Positions 19,298 through 30,641 of a stretch of 64,000 nt of DNA are shown here, in pieces. Position 1 is the first letter of the stretch; each line of letters opens with the position of its first letter. The translations under genes and the position numbers were made by a program. This stretch comes from Candidatus Eiseniibacteriota bacterium (GTDB lineage: Bacteria > Eisenbacteria > RBG-16-71-46). A model generated the notes under the pieces. That model saw only the letters and a list, made by a program, of their open reading frames with translations, was not told the DNA's origin and searched no databases. The stretch covers positions 5,215-69,214 of the forward strand of contig CAVZLN010000006.1 of the NCBI GenBank assembly GCA_963776245.1. Reading direction: 5' to 3'.

Positions 19298-21115
19298 TCA
19301 GGGCGTTCCCGCGCGCGACCGGATGAAGAACTTCTTCTGTTCGAGCGCCGATGGAAGCGCGGGATCGTGCGCGAGCGCCGAGTCCACGTACGCCTCGGCG
19401 CGCACCGGATCGCCCGCGCCCATGGTCAGGTACCCGAGCCGCGACCAGGCCTGCGCGTGCACCGGCGAGACCGCCACCGTCTGGCGGAAGCGCTCCGCGG
19501 CCTCCTCGAGGCGGCGGGACTGCATGTACGCGAGGCCGGCCTGGTAGAGCAGGCGCGGGTTGGGACCGCCGCACTCGACCGCCTGGTCGAACAGTCTCGC
19601 CGCCCGATCGGGGTCGCCATCATTGAATGAGCGCGTGCCGAGAAAGTCGTAGGCCTGGGTCCGGGTCGCGGCGCTCCACGCCGGCCGGGCCTCGAGCAGC
19701 CTCATCAGGCGCCCCCGCGCCGCGGCGCCGTCCACGTGCAGCCACCACGTGGACGCGAGCACGGCGAGCGCGAAGGTGACCGCCGGCCCGAGCGTCGCGC
19801 GCGCCCCCCTGCCCTGCCAGCTCTCGACCAGCGCACCGGCCGTGAGGCAGGCGACCAATGTCCCCGCGCCGGTGGCGACGTCCCAGTCACGCGCCCATCC
19901 GCCCCCCGGCTCCACCCCCAGCAGCAACAGCATGAATCCGCCGATCGCGAGCGCCGCCGCGGGCGCGACCGAGAAGCGCGCGCCGGGCCGCGGAGCGCCG
20001 TGGCGTGCGCGCGCGCGCCACACCCCCCACGCGGCGGCGGCCCCCATCCACGACAATGGCACCAGGTAGGCGAGCGCGTTGAGCGCGTTCGAGACGCGCA
20101 CCAGCGCGTCCAGCGCGCCATGGTCCGCACGCGCCCTCGCGACGGTGCCGCCCGGCAGGTGGACGTTGCGATCGAAGTGGAGCGCGAGGTCGAGCGTGCG
20201 CGGGAACATCAGCGCGAACGCCGCCACCACGACGGCCGCCGCGCCCAGCACCTCGGCGCGCGCGCGCCCGCCGACCGCGCTGCGGTGGGCGCGGAACAGC
20301 GTCCACGCCAGCGCCGGCACCAGCAGATACGCCGAGCGGTGGGCCAGCGCCGCGATCGTCGCGCCGAGGGCCAGCGTCCAGACGCCGCGCCCGGTGCGGG
20401 CGAGCTGGACCGTGCCGAGCGCGGCGAGCACCAGCCCCACCATCAGCGGGCCGAACTTGTCGTAGCCGGCGAAGTGCACGACCAGCGCGCCCCCGGCGAG
20501 GGCGAGCGCGCCCGCCGGCAGGGCGCTGCCGCGCGCGCCGCAGGCACGCACGAACCGGATGCCGGCGAACAGGAACACCGCCCCGACCACGGCGCCCACC
20601 CGCTGGAGCGCCGCCTCGTCGCTCATCCCCGCCGACCTCAGCGCGCGCGGCAGCTCGAGATTCAGCAGGCGATCGAGCGGATAAGCCTGCGCCACCAGCG
20701 CCGGCGAGAGCTTGATCGTGCCGAGCATGCCGAGGCGCATGGCCGCGTCGCCGGGGAAGCGCAGCGGATCGCGCAGCGCGGCGAGGGCGGCCCCGCCCGC
20801 GACGCTCGCGACCAGATCGGCGAGGCGCCCGCCCCGCATCCACGCTTCGCCCAGCCACGCCGATCCGCGCTCCACGACGCGGGCCACCGGCGGGAGCCAG
20901 CCCGCGAGCGCCAGCGCGGCGAGCGCGAACGCCTCGGGTGCGGGCCGCGCCCGGAATCCATCCACTCCCCAGAGCCAGTTGGTGGACCACGCCATCGCCG
21001 CCAATCGCGCCGCGAGGCCGAGCGCGAGCGCGACGAACAGGGCCCGGGCCAGCGGCTCGGCGCTCGCCGCGGCCGGCACGGGGCGCGGAGGAACGGATGG
21101 GCGGCGGGCAGGCAT
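19298..21115 (-). CDS. polytopic membrane protein with C-terminal TPR repeats
   Basis: Multiple TM helices in the N-terminal two thirds. C-terminal TPRs (AARLFDQAVECGGPNPRLLYQAGLAYMQSRRLEEAAERFRQTVAVSPVHAQAWSRLGYL). Start is uncertain; the ORF extends to 21349. Confidence 0.5.
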   Translation of the reverse strand: MPARRPSVPPRPVPAAASAEPLARALFVALALGLAARLAAMAWSTNWLWGVDGFRARPAPEAFALAALALAGWLPPVARVVERGSAWLGEAWMRGGRLADLVASVAGGAALAALRDPLRFPGDAAMRLGMLGTIKLSPALVAQAYPLDRLLNLELPRALRSAGMSDEAALQRVGAVVGAVFLFAGIRFVRACGARGSALPAGALALAGGALVVHFAGYDKFGPLMVGLVLAALGTVQLARTGRGVWTLALGATIAALAHRSAYLLVPALAWTLFRAHRSAVGGRARAEVLGAAAVVVAAFALMFPRTLDLALHFDRNVHLPGGTVARARADHGALDALVRVSNALNALAYLVPLSWMGAAAAWGVWRARARHGAPRPGARFSVAPAAALAIGGFMLLLLGVEPGGGWARDWDVATGAGTLVACLTAGALVESWQGRGARATLGPAVTFALAVLASTWWLHVDGAAARGRLMRLLEARPAWSAATRTQAYDFLGTRSFNDGDPDRAARLFDQAVECGGPNPRLLYQAGLAYMQSRRLEEAAERFRQTVAVSPVHAQAWSRLGYLTMGAGDPVRAEAYVDSALAHDPALPSALEQKKFFIRSRAGTP

Positions 21116-21375
21116 GGGGACCGATGATAGGCGTCCGGTTCGCCCGCTGCCAGCCGGACGATGGAGGCGTCGCCGGCGGGCCGTGCCGGCGCGAATGCGG
21201 GCGGGTTCGCGGGGCGTCCGGTCGCGGCGCCGGGCTCCCCCCGGCGGGGCCGGGCGGGAAACGGCCGGCCGGCGCCTTCCCTGCGTGGCCCGCATCGAAT
21301 ATGTTCCATGCGACCGTCGGGCTGCCGCACGAGAGTCCTCGGGCGCCACCGGCTGGGAGCCAAGGAGAAGGAGCC

Positions 21376-22248
21376 ATGCGCAGACCTGTGCTGTTCACCC
21401 TCGTCGCCGTCATCCTGCTGCTGGTGGTCGCGACCTCCATCATGTTCGTGCGGTATCGGAAGTCCTCGGCGGACTACGTGGACATGAAGCTCCGCGAGGA
21501 GACGGCACGGACCGGATACGCCGAGGCCTTCAGCGCCGTCACCGAGATCCAGGACAGCCTCACCGCCCTCGCCCTCGGTGACACCGCGGTGCGGATGCTG
21601 AGCCGCAATCTCAACGACGAGCAGAAGCCGACGGCGATGCAGCGGCGCGAGGCGCTGGACCGCATCGCCTACCTCGGCGCGAGCATCCAGCGCAGCAAGG
21701 AGAAGCTCGCCCGGCTCGAGGCCAGCCTCGCGAAGAGCGGCCTCAAGGTCGCGAGCCTCCAGAACATGATCGGCTCGCTCAAGCAGTCGCTGGCCTACAA
21801 GGAGGCGATCGTCGCGACCCTCGCCGGGCGGGTGGATTCGCTGCAGACCCGCGTCGGCGGCCTGGAGACCGAGGTGCAGCAGGGCGCCGAGACGATCCGT
21901 GCCCGCGAGCAGACCATCGCCGAGACCCAGCGCGAGCTGGCGACCATCTACTACATCGTCGGCACCAAGAAGGCGCTCATCAACGCGGGCGTGCTCGAGG
22001 CCAAGGGCGGCATCCTCGAGCTCGGCAAGACCCTCCAGCTGTCGGGGCACTACACCGAGAGCCTGTTCACCCCGATGGACACCGACCGGGAGAGTGTCAT
22101 CCCCACCGCCGCGGCCCGGGTGCAGGTGATGAGCGCGCAGCCGAAGTCGAGCTACGAGGTGAGGACTGTCGACGGGCGTGCGGAGATCCACATCTTGGAT
22201 GCGAAGGAGTTCCGCAAGGTGAAGCACGCGGTGCTCATGACGCGCTAG
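21376..22248 (+). CDS. membrane-anchored coiled-coil protein of unknown function
   Basis: ATG at 21376 after aaggagaaggag. N-terminal TM helix MRRPVLFTLVAVILLLVVATSIMFV, then a long heptad-like segment (KEKLARLEASLAKSGLKVASLQNMIGSLKQSLAYKEAIVATLAGRVDSLQTRVGGLETEVQQ). Confidence 0.5.
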   Translation: MRRPVLFTLVAVILLLVVATSIMFVRYRKSSADYVDMKLREETARTGYAEAFSAVTEIQDSLTALALGDTAVRMLSRNLNDEQKPTAMQRREALDRIAYLGASIQRSKEKLARLEASLAKSGLKVASLQNMIGSLKQSLAYKEAIVATLAGRVDSLQTRVGGLETEVQQGAETIRAREQTIAETQRELATIYYIVGTKKALINAGVLEAKGGILELGKTLQLSGHYTESLFTPMDTDRESVIPTAAARVQVMSAQPKSSYEVRTVDGRAEIHILDAKEFRKVKHAVLMTR

Positions 22249-22257
22249 CGGCCGGGC

Positions 22258-23865
22258 TCAGAACCTCCAGCTCAGCCCGAGCTGGGCCTGACGCGTCGGA
22301 TCGGCGCCCCCGCGCTCGGCCTGGGCGTTGAGGTCGAGGTAGGCGCGGCGCGCCAGCATCAGCTCGAGGGCGGCGCTTGCCCAGCGCACCTCGTCCGCGA
22401 CCGATGATCCCACGTCCTCGCTGCGCCGGGTCCCGCCCGCGAGCTCGAGGTGCGCGCCCTCGAGTGGGTCGATGCCCGCTCCCACCGAGGTCAGCTGGTT
22501 CGCCAGCCCCGCCCCGCTGATGCGGGCATGGCGCGCACGCAGCGCGAGGTTGAACGCCCCGAGCCGGTAGGCATCCAGCCTCGTCGACCATCCGTTCTGG
22601 TCTGCTTCGCCGGCGACCGAACTGGTGCGCGCTTCGGCGCCGAGCCGGACGTGATTCGCGAGATCGAGCGTGCCCCCCGCCCACGCGCCGCGGCGGTACC
22701 GGTCGAGGAATCGGGTCTCCGGCGTCTCGTGGTCGCGATAGAGCCAGACGTTCCGACGGCTGTCGAGGCCCGCGAACACCGACAGCTCGGGGCTCGCCGC
22801 CGAGAGCGGCGTGGCGGCCCTGACGCGGTACGCCAGGTTGAGGTCGGTGCCGGTGGAGGTCAGCGCCGCGGACCCGGCGTCCCTTTTCCAGCCGCGGTTG
22901 TAGTCCACCTCCTGCTGGAGCGAAGCGGTCAGCCGGCGGTCCGCGTACGCGGCCTGCAGGAACCCGAAGTCGCGGTTCGGATGCCCGCGGTCGGACGACG
23001 TGATCGCGCCGCCGGACACCGAGTAGCGCGCGATGGCGGGGGCCGGCTGGTGCCACGACGCGTAACCGCCACCCTGCACGATGTGACCCGAGACCGCGAG
23101 TCGCGCGGGGTCCGGCTGGGTGCCGGCGAACAGGCCGAAGTCCCAACGCGCGCTCCGCGTCTCGGCCAGCGCGCCGTCGAACAGGTTCACCGGCGAGAGC
23201 GCCGGCGAGAGCAGGCGTCCCACCGTGAAGCGCCGGCGGTCCCCTGAATCCCGCACGCCGACCGAGGCGCGATAGACGAATCCGCGGTCGCGGGTGACCG
23301 ATACGGTTCCCGGGCGGCGGCTGACGAAGCGCCGGCCCCGAAAGTCGAGCGCCACGTCGAGCGGGCTCCCCCCCAGTCGTGTGCCCTCGATCCGGGCATC
23401 CACGGCGGGCTGCGAGAGCCGCACGCCGCCGTCGCTGGTCAGCCCGAGGTAGCGTGCGCCGATGCGGCCATGCAGACCGCCCGCGCGGGCCGCCGGGTGC
23501 GCGCGCGGGCCCGGTCGCGCGGCGCTGTCCGAGCCCGCCACGACGTTTCCCGCACCCGACGCGTCGCGCGCGTCCCCGGCGTGCGGCGTGAAGCTCGCCG
23601 CGTCCCCCGGCTGCACCACCGCCCACGTCTGCAGCGTGTCGCACGCCGCGCGATGCGAGGACAGGAACGACACCCGGAGCCACGCGATGGTGTGTCCCTC
23701 GCGCGTCACCTCGAGCGAGTCGCCCTCGCGGAGGCCGTCGTGCTGGCCGGCGTCCACGTAGACCGACCGGCCGGTGACGTAGTCCACCGTGGTGGCGGCA
23801 CGCTCGGCGCGCGCGCCCGCGGCGAACGGCGGAAGCATCGCGCCGATCGCCATCGCCATCCACAT
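22258..23865 (-). CDS. outer-membrane beta-barrel protein (porin-like), immediately downstream of the multiheme cytochrome
   Basis: Signal peptide MWMAMAIGAMLPPFAAGARA. Alternating hydrophobic beta-strand pattern throughout. C-terminus ...AQLGLSWRF with terminal Phe, typical of BAM-dependent outer-membrane proteins. Confidence 0.6.
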   Translation of the reverse strand: MWMAMAIGAMLPPFAAGARAERAATTVDYVTGRSVYVDAGQHDGLREGDSLEVTREGHTIAWLRVSFLSSHRAACDTLQTWAVVQPGDAASFTPHAGDARDASGAGNVVAGSDSAARPGPRAHPAARAGGLHGRIGARYLGLTSDGGVRLSQPAVDARIEGTRLGGSPLDVALDFRGRRFVSRRPGTVSVTRDRGFVYRASVGVRDSGDRRRFTVGRLLSPALSPVNLFDGALAETRSARWDFGLFAGTQPDPARLAVSGHIVQGGGYASWHQPAPAIARYSVSGGAITSSDRGHPNRDFGFLQAAYADRRLTASLQQEVDYNRGWKRDAGSAALTSTGTDLNLAYRVRAATPLSAASPELSVFAGLDSRRNVWLYRDHETPETRFLDRYRRGAWAGGTLDLANHVRLGAEARTSSVAGEADQNGWSTRLDAYRLGAFNLALRARHARISGAGLANQLTSVGAGIDPLEGAHLELAGGTRRSEDVGSSVADEVRWASAALELMLARRAYLDLNAQAERGGADPTRQAQLGLSWRF

Positions 23866-23890
23866 CCACCGGTTCACGGGGCGCCCCGGC

Positions 23891-24979
23891 TCAGTTGCCG
23901 GCCTGGCCGGAGGGGTGGCATCGGTAGCACGCGCTGCTGACGTACTGATAGCCGCCGACTCCACTGTGCCGCGGGGTGGTGTTGGCGCTGGTGTGACATC
24001 CGCCGGTCAGGCAGTTGAAGCTCGCGTAGTCGGTCGGCACGTCGTGGCAGGTGGTGCACGCGATGCCGGCATGGCGCCCGGAGACGATCGGGAAGAACGC
24101 GCCGTGGTCGAACGTCCAGCCGCACCGGCTCACGTCGTGGCAGGTGACGCACCGGGTCGAGAACCCGGCGGCGGCGTGATTCGGAGCCGCGGTGCCGTCG
24201 TAGGCCGCCCGATGGCAGGCGTAGCAGTCGGTGGGCGGTGAAGCCGTCCACGGATCGCCGTGGCATTGCACGCACGTCACCGGCGGCAGGTGCGGGCAGG
24301 TGAGCGGGAAACCGCTCGCCCCATGATCGAACCGGGCCGGCGACCACGTCATCATCGAGTGACAGCGCGTGCAATCGCTGGAGAAGTTCCGGTGATCGGG
24401 CACCGCGCCCGGGGTGTGACACGCGCGGCACGCCGCGGCCGTGCCGACGAATCGCAGGTGCCCCTGCGCCGTCGGCGGATGGCAGGACTCGCACTCGATC
24501 GCGCCGTGAGCACCGACCAGCGGGAAGCGCGTCATCTGGTGCATGCTCACCATCGCGGCGCGGTCGAGGAAGCTGCGCGCGGTGTGGCAGCGCCCGCAGT
24601 CGCCGCCGAATTCGCCGAGGTGCGGGTCCTGATGGCACGCGGCGCACTGCTTGCGCTGCTGCTCCGCGGTGAAGTCGAGCGAGGCGTGGCACGCCACGCA
24701 GCTCACCGAGGAGTGCGCGCCGGTGAGCGGGAACCCCGAGCGTTTGGCGTGGTTGAAGCGCCGGCTGATGCGCGCGGGCTTCCAGCCCTGGTCGCCGTGG
24801 CACTCCGCGCAGTCGCCGGTGAACCGCCCGTGGGGATACGCGGGCTCGCCGGGCGGCGCGGCGGCCGGCCGATCGGCCACCGCGCCGGCCAGTCCCGACG
24901 CCACGAGCATCAGCGCGAGGACCGCCGGCGCTGCGCGGCGCGCCGGCAGCCTCCGCGGGACGCGACCTTCGAGTTCCAC
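23891..24979 (-). CDS. multiheme c-type cytochrome (12 CxxCH motifs plus one CX4CH)
   Basis: CAECH, CVACH, CAACH, CGRCH, CESCH, CRACH, CTRCH, CVQCH, CYACH, CVTCH, CTTCH, CLTGGCH, CYRCH in 362 aa. N-terminal signal peptide. Confidence 0.85.
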   Translation of the reverse strand: MELEGRVPRRLPARRAAPAVLALMLVASGLAGAVADRPAAAPPGEPAYPHGRFTGDCAECHGDQGWKPARISRRFNHAKRSGFPLTGAHSSVSCVACHASLDFTAEQQRKQCAACHQDPHLGEFGGDCGRCHTARSFLDRAAMVSMHQMTRFPLVGAHGAIECESCHPPTAQGHLRFVGTAAACRACHTPGAVPDHRNFSSDCTRCHSMMTWSPARFDHGASGFPLTCPHLPPVTCVQCHGDPWTASPPTDCYACHRAAYDGTAAPNHAAAGFSTRCVTCHDVSRCGWTFDHGAFFPIVSGRHAGIACTTCHDVPTDYASFNCLTGGCHTSANTTPRHSGVGGYQYVSSACYRCHPSGQAGN

Positions 24980-25031
24980 GCGTGACCTCCGGGGGGATTC
25001 GGACCCGGTCGGCCCGGGCCCACACCGGACC

Positions 25032-27118
<2,087 letters not shown>

Positions 27119-27363
27119 GGAGACATCCTCCGGGGGTTGGCGATCGCGGGTACCGGTGCGCGGGCATCCTAGCGCGAGTCGGGCGCCGGTGCACCGTCGA
27201 GCGCGCTGCGGCGCGACCCGCGCCGGTCCCGGGACGCGAGGGCCGGGGCATCCGTGCGTCCCGCCGCCGGTGGTGATAGTCTGATTCCGACCCCCCGAAG
27301 CACCGGCGCCGGTCGGTTCCGTCACGCCGGCCCGGCTCGCGCAGTACCCTTCGAACCCCGTGC

Positions 27364-28149
27364 GTGTCGAGCGTGGGGTTCTTCCGTTCTGGAGCCATGA
27401 TGCCCCGAAGGCTCGTCGACTGGGACACCGGCGAGATGCTCACCTCCGAGGAGGAGCTGATGATCGACGAACTCGAAGCCATGCTGCGGCCGCCCGTGCT
27501 GCACATGGCCCCGTATCCCCCCAAGGCGATCACCCTCGCGAGCGGCGAGGTGATGGTGGTCCGCCAGGCCTCGGTCGACGAGGTCGACACGATGCTCAAG
27601 GTCATCCAGCCGCTCTCGTGGCTGAACCGCGACTACTACGACATCGTCTCGGCGCGCCTGTTCTCCGAGCTGCTGGGCTGGAAGACCTATCGCGTGCGCA
27701 ACGAGTACTGCCTGGTCGGCGTCATCGACGGGGTGCTCGCCGGCATCGTCAACGGCCGGATGTTCGACGAGAAGCACGGGATCAGCTACCACACGCTCAC
27801 GCTCAAGCGCGGGCTGCGGGTGGGCTCCCACCTGTTCGCGTCCAAGATGGAGCACCACATCGAGTACCTCGGCCAGGACGAGGTCTGGATCGTGGCCGAG
27901 AGCCCGATCGGGCACCGCCGGTGGATGATCGAGTACCCGCTGGACAAGAAGTTCGAGATCCAGCACGAGCTGGGCGGCGCGCCCTCGTGGGTGCTCAAGA
28001 AGGACGTCTACTACCGGGCCAAGGAGCGTCTGGTGACCGGCACGCGTCCGGTGTCCGCGGAACTGCTGGCGAAGTCCTACCCGATCCGCGAGCCGGACCT
28101 GCGCGTGATGCTCACCCAGATCGAGGACACGCTGGAGGCCCGCGTATGA
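27364..28149 (+). CDS. hypothetical protein, possibly GNAT-fold acyltransferase
   Basis: 261-aa [25 protein letters not shown] resembles a GNAT motif-A (R/QxxGxG/A). No other recognisable motif. Its stop overlaps the thiolase start (ATGA). Confidence 0.35.
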   Translation: MSSVGFFRSGAMMPRRLVDWDTGEMLTSEEELMIDELEAMLRPPVLHMAPYPPKAITLASGEVMVVRQASVDEVDTMLKVIQPLSWLNRDYYDIVSARLFSELLGWKTYRVRNEYCLVGVIDGVLAGIVNGRMFDEKHGISYHTLTLKRGLRVGSHLFASKMEHHIEYLGQDEVWIVAESPIGHRRWMIEYPLDKKFEIQHELGGAPSWVLKKDVYYRAKERLVTGTRPVSAELLAKSYPIREPDLRVMLTQIEDTLEARV

Positions 28150-29328
28150 GGCCGGTCGCGATCGTGGGTGTGGGCTCGACCCAGTTCGGCCGGGCACAGT
28201 GGAGCCTGCTCAAGATGATGTGCGAGGCGTCGCACGACGCGCTCGTGGACGGCGGGGTCGGCGATCGCAAGGTGGACGCGGTCTACGTCGCCAACATGGG
28301 CGCCCCTCGCAACAACAAGATGGCCGGGCTCGCCAGCGCGCTGGTGGACCGGATGAACCTGTATCCCGCCGGCGCGGAGACCATCGAGAACGGGCCCGCC
28401 TCGGGCGCGTCGGCGCTCAAGCACGGCGTGCACGCCATCGCGTCGGGCCATTGCGACCTCGTGCTGGTGTGCGGCGGCGAGCGCATGCAGGAGGTGAACA
28501 ACTTCGAGGCCACCGAGTTCGTCTCGTACCTCTCGCACCGCTACGCCGAGTACGTGTACGGCGTCACCCTGCCGTCGCTGGCGGGGATGTTCGCGCGCCT
28601 CTACATGGACCGCTACGGTGTCACGCCCGAGCACCTGGCGATGGTGGCGATCAAGAACCACGCGAACGGCGCGCTGAACAAGAAGGCCCACTTGCGCATC
28701 CCGATCACGATGGAGGGCATCCTCACGGGGCCCGACGCGTGGAACAACAACCCGTGGATCGCCGACCCGCTGCGCTTCTTCGATTGCTGCCCGGTGAGCG
28801 ACGGCGCCTCGGCGGTGCTGCTCGCGCCGGCCGAGAAGGCGAAGGACTTCCACAAGAAGCCGGTGCTGGTGGCCGGAATCGGTCAGGCGACCGACACCCA
28901 CGCGGTGCACGAGCGCGAGGATCCGACCGAGCTGACGGCGGTGCGCCTCGCGGCGCAGAAAGCGTTCGCGATGGCCGGCCGGCGCCGACGGACATCCAGG
29001 TCGCCGAGCTGCACGACGCCTTCACCATCCTCGAGATCGCGGAGAGCGAAGAGGCCGGGTTCTTCGCCCGGGGCGAGGGGCACAAGGCGCTCGAGCGCGG
29101 CGAGACCAAGATCGGCGGCCGCCTCCCGATCAACCCCTCGGGCGGCCTCAAGTCGAGCGGCCATCCGGTCGGCAACACCGGCGTTTCCCAGATCGTCGAG
29201 CTGGTCCTCCAGTTGCGCGGGGAGGCGGGCGATAGCAGGTCCCGAACCAGCCCCAGCACGGGTTCGCGGTCAACTTCGGTGGCTTCGGCAACAACGTGCT
29301 CGCCACCGTGCTCAAGCGGGGGGTGTGA
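28146..29328 (+). CDS. SCP-x/nsLTP-type thiolase (DUF35-partnered), with 2 apparent frameshifts (about 28975 and 29230)
   Basis: [16 protein letters not shown]...[32 protein letters not shown] (ORF 27360 frame); [21 protein letters not shown]...[36 protein letters not shown] (ORF 28199 frame); [21 protein letters not shown] (third frame, stop at 29326-29328). Confidence 0.75.
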
Positions 29329-29329
29329 C

Positions 29330-29668
29330 ATGCCACGCGACGTCGAAGCCGCGAAGTGCAGGAAGTGCGGCACGCTCTCCTACCCGACCCACTTCTACTG
29401 CCGCTCGTGCAAGGGCACGAAGTTCGAGCCGGTGCCGGTCACGGGGGAAGGCAAGCTCCTCACCTGGACCAAGGTGTACGCGCTGCCGCTGGACTACGAG
29501 GATCTCTACATCACCCTCGGCATCGTCGAGCTCGACATGGGGGTGCGCGCCACCGGCCGGCTCGAGATGGCCGAGCCCCGCATCGGCGCGCGGGTGCGCG
29601 CCCGGGTCGGCAAGGTGCGCGAGACGGCCGGGAAGGACATCACGGGGCTGATCTTCAGCGCGGTATGA
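29330..29668 (+). CDS. DUF35 Zn-ribbon/OB-fold protein (thiolase partner subunit)
   Basis: [20 protein letters not shown] (Zn ribbon) followed by an OB-fold-like segment [39 protein letters not shown]. Confidence 0.7.
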   Translation: MPRDVEAAKCRKCGTLSYPTHFYCRSCKGTKFEPVPVTGEGKLLTWTKVYALPLDYEDLYITLGIVELDMGVRATGRLEMAEPRIGARVRARVGKVRETAGKDITGLIFSAV

Positions 29669-29774
29669 ACGCATGCGGTCCGCCTCGCCGCGACCGTCGT
29701 CGCGGCGAGGCCGGGCGGCTCTGGAGCGGCGCGCACCACGCCGGCACGGGCGCGCGGCGGCGCGCTCGCGGAGG

Positions 29775-30641
29775 ATGGACATGAGCGGATTTCGTTACGA
29801 ACGGCCGGAGAGCATCGCCGCGGCGACCGCGCTCCTCGCCGCGTCTCCCGGACGCGCCTGCGTGCTGGCCGGCGGGACCGACCTGATGGTGGCGCTGCGC
29901 GCGGGCTCGGTGTGCCCCGACGTGGTCGTGGACATCAAGCGCATCCCGGGCCTCTCGGATCTCACCTGGGGCGCCGACGGAAGTCTCGCGATCGGCGCGT
30001 GCGTGATCGTGCAACGCGTCGCGGACGACCCGCGGCTGCGCGCCACGTTCCCGGCGCTCGCGGAGGGCGCCGCGGAGATCGGCTCGCTCCAGATCCGCTC
30101 CCGCGCCACCATCGCCGGGAACCTGGTGAACGCCTCGCCGTGCATGGACACCGCGCCCGGCCTGCTGGTCCACGACGCACGGCTGCGCATCGAGGGCCCG
30201 CGCGGCCGGCGCGAGGCGCCGCTGTCCGACTTCTTCGTCGGGGTGCGCCGGAACGCGCTCCTGCCGGGCGAGATGGTGACCGCAGTGGTGGTTCCCGCGC
30301 CCGCGAAGGACGTGCGCAGCGGCTTCGACAAGATCAAGCGCGTCTCGGGTCACGACCTCGCGCTGGTGAACGCGGCCGCCGCGTGGAGCCCCGCGGAGGC
30401 CACCCTGCGGGTCGCGATCGGATCGTGCGCGATCACCCCCGCGCTGGTGCCGGTGCTCGCCGGCGTGGGACCGGAAACCGATCCCGACGACGCGGGACGC
30501 CGGCTCGGCGCCCTGGCGCTCCAGCACATCCAGCCCATCGACGACGTGCGCGCTTCGGCCGAGTACCGGCGCGACATGACGCTCGCGCTGTGCATGAGGC
30601 TCGCCCGGCGCCTGCTCGGCGGGCCGCGGAGATCGTCATGA
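29775..30641 (+). CDS. FAD-binding (medium) subunit of a xanthine-dehydrogenase/CO-dehydrogenase-family molybdoenzyme
   Basis: VLAGGTDLMVALRAG...IKRIPGL...GACV...ATIAGNLVNASPCMDTAPGLL...DVRASAEYRRDM (CoxM/XdhB-like). No Cys-rich 4Fe-4S insertion, so not an HcrB-type subunit. Confidence 0.8.
   Translation: MDMSGFRYERPESIAAATALLAASPGRACVLAGGTDLMVALRAGSVCPDVVVDIKRIPGLSDLTWGADGSLAIGACVIVQRVADDPRLRATFPALAEGAAEIGSLQIRSRATIAGNLVNASPCMDTAPGLLVHDARLRIEGPRGRREAPLSDFFVGVRRNALLPGEMVTAVVVPAPAKDVRSGFDKIKRVSGHDLALVNAAAAWSPAEATLRVAIGSCAITPALVPVLAGVGPETDPDDAGRRLGALALQHIQPIDDVRASAEYRRDMTLALCMRLARRLLGGPRRSS

Noticed and set aside
19736-21443. 463-aa (+) and 518-aa (-) ORFs overlapping the TPR membrane protein gene
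   Set aside because: Highly charged, Arg-rich, no hydrophobic segments or motifs; the 19298-21349 minus frame has coherent TM helices and TPRs.
22235-23869. 544-aa minus ORF overlapping the outer-membrane barrel gene in another frame
   Set aside because: Arg/Gly/Pro-rich; the alternative frame 22258-23964 has a signal peptide, beta-strand periodicity and a C-terminal Phe.
29912-30637. N-terminal 242 codons of the 1195-aa ORF 29912-33499
   Set aside because: Arg-rich junk overlapping the FAD-subunit gene in another frame; the real start is the ATG at about 30638 where the 2Fe-2S domain begins.
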